A stretch of 64,000 bases of DNA from Eledone cirrhosa (Eukaryota), in assembly GCA_964016885.1 (NCBI GenBank), contig OZ024740.1, positions 249,798,001 through 249,862,000 of the forward strand, written 5' to 3'. The first letter of the stretch is position 1, and each line of letters begins with the position of its first letter. Positions 54,388 through 64,000 of the stretch are shown in pieces. The notes under the pieces were generated by a model. The model was not told the DNA's origin. It saw only the letters and a list, made by a program, of their open reading frames with translations, and searched no databases. Both the position numbers and the translations under genes were made by a program.

Positions 54388-54718
54388 CATACATACATAT
54401 ACATACATATATATATATATATATACATACATACATACATATATATATACATACATATATATATATATACATACATATATATATATATACATACATATAT
54501 ATATATATACATACATATATATATATATATATATACATACATATATATATATATATATATACATACATATATATATATATATATATACATACATATATAT
54601 ATATATATATATACATACATACATATATATATATATATACATACATACATATATATATATATATACATACATACATATATATATATATATACATACATAC
54701 ATATATATATATACATAC

Positions 54719-54757
<39 letters not shown>

Positions 54758-54814
54758 CATATATATACATACATACATATACATACATATACATACATAC
54801 ATACATACATACAT
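53816..54814. repeat. About 1-kb (TA)n/(TACA)n array
   Basis: Visible. Confidence 0.98.
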
Positions 54815-55422
54815 GGTGGCTGCCAACTCGTTTTCGAGTACGGCCACTACTTTATATCCATGTAGGAGAACCCCTACCGATGCGCTGAACGAATGTGACT
54901 TTTTAGTCCAGCCAGCGACTTGAAAACTCTGGTACAAAGACTACACTTGTGACCATTATTGACACATAGTGCAGGGCCCATGGTACCATGTGATGACAAG
55001 TGCAGAGAGATCTCCAGATATAAAGCAATGCCTGTGCTGTGAAGCTTTTATAGTGAGCAAAGGCACTGCACAAAGCCAGTCCCACTCTCTTAACCAAGAT
55101 GATATTTACCAAAAAGAAGAACAAGTCAACATCATTGGATACCATCAGGGTTGCAGGTGTTATATCAGAGTTTTCCTTCTCCTAGAATTCTGCCTTGACA
55201 AAGGCTAAGGGGTCATCTCTCCCAGTGATTTTGGATGGCTATTGACTCTTAAGAGCTCCCTTGCCCTTTGACAGGTTTTGTTTTTAGTCCTGCAGGATGT
55301 CCAAAGTCACCCTCCTCACCAAGAAACCTTGGTGGGGTTGCCAGTTTAGTCGCCAACGACCCGACCATGAGACAGGTTGTACTGGGATACATGTTACCAG
55401 TAGCACCAACTGGTGACCTGAC
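54815..55422 (-). mobile_element. Non-autonomous bipartite RTE derivative (5' UTR joined to last zinc finger and 3' end)
   Basis: RTE 5'-UTR-type motif ctaggagaaggaaaactctg; [23 protein letters not shown]-stop; terminal hairpin homologous to 45001-45040. Confidence 0.8.
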
Positions 55423-55443
55423 ATATATACATACATACATATA

Positions 55444-55511
<68 letters not shown>

Positions 55512-55967
55512 ACAGTTGAGCAGTTAAAGTATAAGGACGTGTTTTTACTTCTCTCCCCGAGTAAGCAGCAAGTCACACAGCCACAAAACAAAACCAAACA
55601 AACAAAAATTGACCGGTTAATACATTTACATACATCTATATTATTATATATTTGAAAATTGACCGGTTAATACATTTACATACATCTATAATATATTATT
55701 ATATATTTGAAACCACGTGTTTTCGAACTTGTGAGTACATTTTCCTTTAACTACAAATTATTATTATATACTTTCGTCTTTTCATTAACTTAATTAATTT
55801 CAAATAACCAGAATATACATATATATATATATACTCATATTTATATATATACTCTTCTCACTCACACACAAGAAAAACAAAAATAAATAAATAAATCAAA
55901 AATAAATTTCAAAAAAAATATATATATATTGAAATACTTAACTAAAACACACACACTCAAAACTAGA

Positions 55968-57149
<1,182 letters not shown>

Positions 57150-60100
57150 CAAACAAACAAATTAACAACACACCAAAACAATTAAAACCATCCACTCTCG
57201 CCTCTACATTTTTGCTTAACGCCCAAGGCATCAGCCCTTCCACCAATACTCAAAAATGGAAGATCAAATTCCTGGAGGACTGGATTGATGTCCATCCAAA
57301 CCACATCCCTTTCTTCGTCCTCACTGAAACCCATCTCAGTAACCTCCACTTGGAAGCCGAGGTGAAAGTGAAAAATTTCAAAGCCATCCGTGCTGATCGC
57401 GCTGACAGAAGAAAGGGCGGAACTGCCATTTATGTCCATAATTCTTTCTCAACAGAGGCTATGAACATATTCACTAATGGATACTGTGAGGCAGTCAAAC
57501 CAACAACCTATTAGTAGTTGGGCTCTATAGGCCACCCCAAACGCCTGTACCATGCTTCAAGGAATGCCTCAACAGCATAAAGTGTTTCATCCAAGAGTGT
57601 CACCCTGACAACATCTTAATGATGGGGGACTTCAACCTCCCCGGAGTTGACTGGTCCACAAACAGCCTGCCACCAGGTTCTTCTGCCTCAACCTCTGACA
57701 GGGAAGCTGTGGAATCGCTTCTTGACTTCATGGATGATTTCTTCCTATCCCAACTGGTGCTCGAACCAACGAGGTGCCACAAAAACGTCCTAGACTTAAT
57801 TTTCAGCAATCACACTGACAATATCCACAATATTGCAGTGGAGAAAACTCTACTCTCTGATCATGACATGGTTCTCTGTGATCTGAGATTCCACCGTCCA
57901 ATATACAAACCCAATGTCATCTCTCCTGTCCATCCGTTTGACGCTATGGATTTCCACAATGCAAACTGGGAAGCGATCAGTCATGATCTTGCACATGTCG
58001 ACTGGTCCTTCACGCACACTCATACACCCACTAACATCAAAAAGTTCTGGCAGACATTTGTGGACACTGTTACAAACATATGTGCTAAACACACCCCATT
58101 AAGAACTATAAACAAATCTAAGAGCAGAATCCCTAGAAATAGAAAAACGCTCATCAGAAAAATTAAGAGAACGAACAAAAAAATCAACAAGCTGAAATAC
58201 TGTCAGCAGCAACACATCAACTTGACTGCCATTTCATCACTAGAGATTAAAAAACATAACCTCCAAAACAACATAATGTCCCTCATCAACAATCAGAGAA
58301 GAGCTGAAGAGGCCTGGGCCATTGAGAAGATCAAACTCAATCCCAAAGTGTTCTTTTCATTTGCAAAAAAACACAAAATCACTGGCTCTACTGTTGGCCC
58401 TCTAATTGATGAAAATGGCACTCTTCAAGACAATGCTAAAACCATGGGTGAGATACTGCAGAAACAATACTGCTCTGTTTTCAGCAATCCTGATATGGCC
58501 GATCTGGGCTGTATCGGCGATGTTACTCCCCATTACACCTTATCGGACATAACGTTTGGCGCCCCTGATGTCTTGGCGGCAATAAAGGAAATCAAGCATA
58601 ATTCAGCAGTAGGTCCCGATAGGTTCCCTGCTTGTGTCTTGAAGGCGTGTCAACACCAACTTGCACCTCCTCTTGCCAATCTGTGGCGGAACTCACTGGA
58701 TGCTGGATATGTGCCAGAAAACCTATCCCAGTCTGTTGTCCCAGTTTTCAAAAAGGGAAACAAATCCCTTGCCGTGAATTACCGTCCAATCTCACTCACC
58801 TCTCATATCATTAAGGTATTTGAGAGAGTGGTGAGATCGCGAATGACCCACTTCCTTGAGAGTAACAATATGCTGAACTCCAACCAGCATGGATTCCGTA
58901 ATGGAAGGGATTGCCTGACGCAGCTACTGCATCACTTTGATGACATTTTGAGAGCCTTGGGAGAGGGTTCCAACACTGATGTTATCTACCTTGATTTCAG
59001 CAAGGCCTTTGACAGGGTTGATCATAACATTCTACTGAGAAAGCTGTCCAATATTGGTGTCACTGGAAAGCTGCTGCAGTGGATCAAGAGCTTCCTGTCA
59101 AACAGAACCCAACATGTTGTAGTTGAGGGAGTCAAATCCAGCCCAGCCAAAGTCAGAAGTGGGGTCCCACAGGGCACTGTGTTGGGCCCACTTCTCTTCC
59201 TCATCTATATTAATGACATCACTGACATCATCAAACACAGCAACATTAAAATTTTCGCTGATGATTCCAAGCTCCAAAAGGTCATCAATGGCGTGGATGA
59301 CCGGATAAGCCTTCAGTCAGACCTACTGGCTGTTACCCAATGGGCGGAAAAGAACAACATGTTACTGAACGAAGACAAATTCGAACTGATCCACTTTGGA
59401 AAAGAGGATGCTCTGAAACTCCCGTACTCCCTTCCCTCCGGGGAAACTCTCGTGGCATCTAACAACATCAGAGACTTGGGAGTAACCGTGGACAGCAACA
59501 TAAGCTGGACCACGCATATAAGCAGCAAAGTTGACATGGCCCGCAGAATGTGTTCCTGGATCCTCAGAACCTTCCAGTCGAGAGATTCCCGCACCATTAT
59601 CCTTCTCTTCTCTATTTTTGCCCGCCCACACCTTGAATACTGTTGTCCACTGTGGTCTCCCCACACGAAACAAAGTATCATGAAACTTGAAGCTCCTCAA
59701 AGGGCAATCACGAAAAAGATAGATGGCATGTCAGACCTTGACTACTGGGGTCGATTAGAAAACCTGAAACTTTACTCACTCCAACGTCGCCGTGAGCGTT
59801 ATATTATCTGCATGATGTGGAAAATGTTCCATCATCACTGCCCAAATGATGTTGGCATCGCCTTCAAGATACACCCAAGGCTTGGGCCCCGTGCTATCCG
59901 TCCCATTCAAAAATCTAAATCGCAACTCATAACAACAATACGGCACAATTATTTCACCTCAATCGGCCCTGCTCTCTTCAACATCACACCAGGACACGTC
60001 AAAACAGAAACTGACCACACAAAATTCAAGAAGTCTTTGGACAAATTCCTCCAAGTAATCCCGGACAAGCTACCCACACCCGGATATGTCTCCGCAAACA

Positions 60101-60233
60101 GTAATTCTCTTCTCGAATGGGCCATGGTGCCCAAATCCTGAATTGAAAGACTTCGCCAGGTGGTGCTATTAAGTTAGACATGGCCTGGGCCAATACTGGC
60201 CAAAACATTTCAAAGTTATATATATACATATAT

Positions 60234-60282
<49 letters not shown>

Positions 60283-60284
<2 letters not shown>

Positions 60285-63200
60285 ATTAAATAAATGGAAA
60301 ACTATATTTATAAAACCATATTTATTTCATTATATATATTTCGGGGATATCATATTAACAATATGCTATGCCTTCATCAGACAAAATACAATATAAACAG
60401 TTTTATAGATAAATATATTCGACATACCGTAATAAACATCGACTTCATTTGAAGAGGTTTACGCTAGCAGTGAAAATTTTATACAGAGAGAAAGAAAGAG
60501 AAAAAGAAAGAAAGACAAAACGAAGAAAAGGAAGAAAAAGAAGAAAAAGAAAAAGAAGAAATGCAGAAATGCATGGAACAAAATAGAGAGATGGAAAAAT
60601 AGATAAAGCGAAGAGCTTCATGTAAAGAAACAGAAAGATATATATATATATATAGAGAGAGGAAATAGAGATAGATACATATATATATATAGAAAATTAG
60701 GTAGTGTGAGGTCATTTTGAGTAAGTGTATCAATGATACATTTATTTATTTATTTATTTAGCGCAAGTATTAATGTAAGGGAGATATATATAGAGAGAGA
60801 AAAAAAATTTAAAAATAGCCAGACATATTCGAGGCGTATAAAATCCTATGTTTTAATGTATTAGTATTTATAAAACTTACACTATATTGTAAATATCAGT
60901 ATTCCTGAATGAAACAAGTATCTATAATGTGTGAAAATTCATTATCTTATGTTTAGTTTTATAAAATTCATATGTTTATATGACAGTTACAAATATCCAT
61001 GTGAATCTAACTGATTCACTCTGCAAACTCTAAGTTACCGGAAAACATTCTCAATGTGGTATAAAAATTTGAGCGTATTATTATTCCTGCGATTACTCTA
61101 CAAGATTATCTATCAAGCAGAAATAGAGAGCAGATTTCAATATACTAATAAAAATATATATTATATTATAAACAGAACTAAAAATAGAAAGATAACAATA
61201 ATAATAATAATAAGTAAAAATATAGAATAGAAAACTAAAAAAAATAAAAAATAAAAAAATATTAAAATATTATTATTATTAAATATTAAAAAAACAATAA
61301 TAATATTAAACTAAAAAATATTACGAAAGAATATTACATAATAAAAATATTGCATACTAAAAATACTACGTATTAAAAAATATTACGTATTAAAAATATT
61401 AAAAATGAAAATAAAAAATAAAAAATATTATAGAATACTACAATACTAAAAAAAAAAATATTATAGAATACTACAATACTAAAAAAAATAAAAATAAAAA
61501 TAAAATAAAAATAAAAATAAACCACAAAGAACAACCCTTCAAAGTTAATTGGCAATATATTGCCAAGTTCATTACAAGACAAAGCCAAAAAATTATCTAT
61601 CAAATCACATCTAGCAAAGAACATTTCAAAAAGATTATGATGTCCAATTATGTCTATATATGTTCTTATATTTAATATAGAAATTTATCTAGTGTAAGGT
61701 TAATTCAAAAAATTTGGAGCATCGGCTTTTAGGGTAGCTTAATTTTTCATGAGGAATGTTTAGATAGAAATAAAAATAAATAAAATAAAAATAAACAATA
61801 AAAAAAGAGTAAAAAGAGGGAATCAAAGATTTAGGAATCAAAAAATTATCGGCTAGTTCTCATATAAATATAAATCAAACTAAATATACTACATTTTAAA
61901 TTTAAATTTATATTTAAACGTTGAGTTTAATCTATGTTTGCAACAACTGAATAAATTTGTCCGTAGGTTAAGGGAATTTTTAGATTTTAGTATAAAGAAT
62001 ATCTCCTCTGCGCAGAGGTCACATGTCTCAGAGGATGAATTAAAAGGAATCCCTCTTGAGACTATATTCCAAGCCATTGAATATCTAACGTTATCTAGCT
62101 TAAGTTGCCAGAGTACGCCTGATAGTGCCGTTGAAGATTTTTTACTTGGATCTGTGAAAGAATTCTTGTGGTTATTATAGCGAAGTTTAAATTCCGTCGA
62201 TGTGGAACCGACGTAGTTAAAAGAATTAGAGTCAGTATTAACATTACAATTGTATACTATATTTTTAACTAAGCAGTTGTTATTTAACGGACATTTAGAT
62301 CTATCTCTACAGTTACATTTGTTAACTTGTATATTATTTATGCTATTATCAGTAGGTTTTAAGTTCCTATTATTTATTCTATTAATATTTTGTGCTAAAT
62401 TTTTGGTGGATGAGTAGGTTAATTTAATTGTATGCCTATTGAAGATTGAGTGATACCTATGTGTTCTAGGGAAGCGATTATCAAGAGCTTTGAAAAATAA
62501 TTTAGCGATGTGGGTTTTAATGTTTAGTGAGAAAGGGGGGGTAAACCAAATTATGTTCCTAGTTCTATTTCTTTTTTGTCCTTTGGAATTATTGTAATGC
62601 TTTCTATTATAGTTGTTAAAGTTGTTGCCGTAATTAAAAAAGTTGTTACTTTGTTTAGTTTGTCTATCATTATCTATGTATACAATCTTATCAGTATACC
62701 CTGCCCTAGCTAGTGCATCATTATAGTACTGGGCCTTTTCGTCAAAAATCTTTCTATTCGACGAGATCCTAGAGATACGTTTTTGGACTGAGTTTACTAT
62801 AGTGTTTTTGACAGATCTGGGGTGGTTAGAGTTAAAGTTGACATAGTTTAAGTTTTCATTCAACTTGTGAAAAGGATAGTGGAGACATGTGTTGAGATTT
62901 AATGTTATATCTAGGAAATTGACTATTCTATGGTTGTTCTCAATTTCTATTTTAAGGTTAAAGTAATTAAAAAATTTTGTAATTTGTTTACATTTTCTAT
63001 TTAGTTCAGGGTTATTATTATTAATAAGTAAAAGCATGTCATCCCTATATAAACCTCCGGTAGTACCAGGTATTTTCCTATGTAGCGAATTGATTAAAAA
63101 TAAGCCCACAAGGTCAGTTACCTGAACTGAGTCGGAAGATCCCATAGTTATGTCAAAATTGTTATCTCTATCTGCTCTGGTCCATAATTTGTCATTAAAT

Positions 63201-63362
63201 TCTATCAAAGTTTTCCTAGCCGATATAATATGCATTTCTTTGCTAGTTAGGTCCGTATGTTTGAATGCGTAATTTAGTGCCTTATTTAGTAGACTAGGAG
63301 TAATAGAAGAATAATAGTTAGCTATATCACTTTACATGTATCTTGCTCCAATACTGTTGAGC
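60283..63362 (-). mobile_element. Naiad-type Penelope-like element: RT C-terminal half, GIY-YIG, AT-rich 3' region and pLTR
   Basis: DIANYYSSI (after an in-frame TAA), FDITMGSSD, GLYRDD, VNFLDITLNL, SNHP, IIWFTPPFS, CNCRDRSKCPLNNNC, YVGST, CDLC; ORF 61889-63235. Confidence 0.9.
60323..60388 (-). ncRNA. Minimal hammerhead ribozyme motif in the putative Naiad pLTR
   Basis: UAUUUUGU-CUGAUGA-(CAUAUU/AAUAUG hairpin, imperfect base)-GAAA-UAUAUA-UA-AUGAAAUA. Confidence 0.68.
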
Positions 63363-63384
63363 GCTTTATATTATAACTGGAAAA

Positions 63385-64000
63385 ATGGAATTCTTTAAGA
63401 TTACTTCCTCTCTAAAAGACATACCTCTACCTAGAAACAAAGACTTTGTAAAACAACTAATAGATAAATCTGACTCTTTTATAAGGAGAATCAGGTGGCG
63501 TGCATTCCACTTTGATAAATCTAATGCAGACGAAAATATCTCGGACTTAAACAAAGTTTTCAAATCTAAAAGAAATCCACCCCCTAACAAACTTTTATCT
63601 GACTTTGAAAACGATATAATTTCTATCATACAAGGGGTCAAATTCAAGAGAAACTTTAAAGGCCAGGAATATCTGAAAGGCATTAAGGATAACATTGAGA
63701 GCTTAGAGAAAACTGAGAAGATCTTGGTGAAATCTGACAAGACCAACAACCTCTATGGAGTGCGGAAAGACATGTATAATGGCCTCATACTGAAAGAGCT
63801 GAGGAAAAAGTACAAGGTAGCAGATAAGGCCGAACTTGAGAAAATGAATGTTGAAGCATCTTGTATAATGCATGAGTTGGAAATTGAGAACAGAACACAA
63901 CCTTTCGTGCCCAGGAAACCGAAGATCAATATGAAGGACCACAAGAAGAATTTTGAAAATGACCTGCCAGTGAGATTGATCGCACCTTCAAAATCGGACC
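63385..64000 (+). CDS. Naiad-type PLE ORF N-terminal portion, open to the window end (absent from the ORF track)
   Basis: MEFFKITSSLKDIPLP..FIRRIRWRAFHF..KSDKTNNLY..MKDHKKNF..VRLIAPSKSD, no stop codon. Confidence 0.88.
   Translation, partial: MEFFKITSSLKDIPLPRNKDFVKQLIDKSDSFIRRIRWRAFHFDKSNADENISDLNKVFKSKRNPPPNKLLSDFENDIISIIQGVKFKRNFKGQEYLKGIKDNIESLEKTEKILVKSDKTNNLYGVRKDMYNGLILKELRKKYKVADKAELEKMNVEASCIMHELEIENRTQPFVPRKPKINMKDHKKNFENDLPVRLIAPSKSD

Noticed and set aside
44401-54937. Long Tyr/Ile/His- or Met/Tyr/Val/Cys-rich ORFs
   Set aside because: Stop-free translations of (TA/TACA)n arrays
55605-55709. CRISPR-like repeat
   Set aside because: Two adjacent units without spacers in a LINE 5' UTR, in a eukaryotic context
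61889-63235. Selenoprotein-type Naiad (UGA at Cys positions)
   Set aside because: The zinc-ligand positions are ordinary Cys codons here and at 2-508; no in-frame TGA was seen

Overview
Eukaryotic, repeat-dominated window; the SINE and LINE repertoire suggests an octopod cephalopod (inference). The only host gene I can support is the 3' end of nucleoporin NDC1 on the minus strand: five coding exons between 21833 and 28736, with consistent splice phases. No further exon is recognisable from 28.7 to 64 kb, so that stretch appears to be one intron over 35 kb long. Almost everything else is transposable element or microsatellite: many RTE-clade LINE copies, two near-identical CR1-group LINEs, Penelope-like elements (PLEs, including Naiad type), a decayed hAT/Buster transposon, a piggyBac-type MITE, tRNA-derived SINEs and kb-scale (TA/TACA)n arrays. 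Main unannotated signals: (1) six minimal hammerhead-ribozyme motifs, one truncated exactly at its predicted cleavage site and one split by an RTE inserted into its CUGAUGA core; (2) a (TA)n-flanked CR1 with a polyQ/CCCH ORF1 and an AUG-less ORF2 behind canonical -1 slippery sites; (3) a head-to-head CR1/RTE junction; (4) an apparently 5'-inverted Naiad; (5) a bipartite non-autonomous RTE with a covarying 3' hairpin. All calls were made by eye; TE boundaries are approximate unless junction sequence is quoted.
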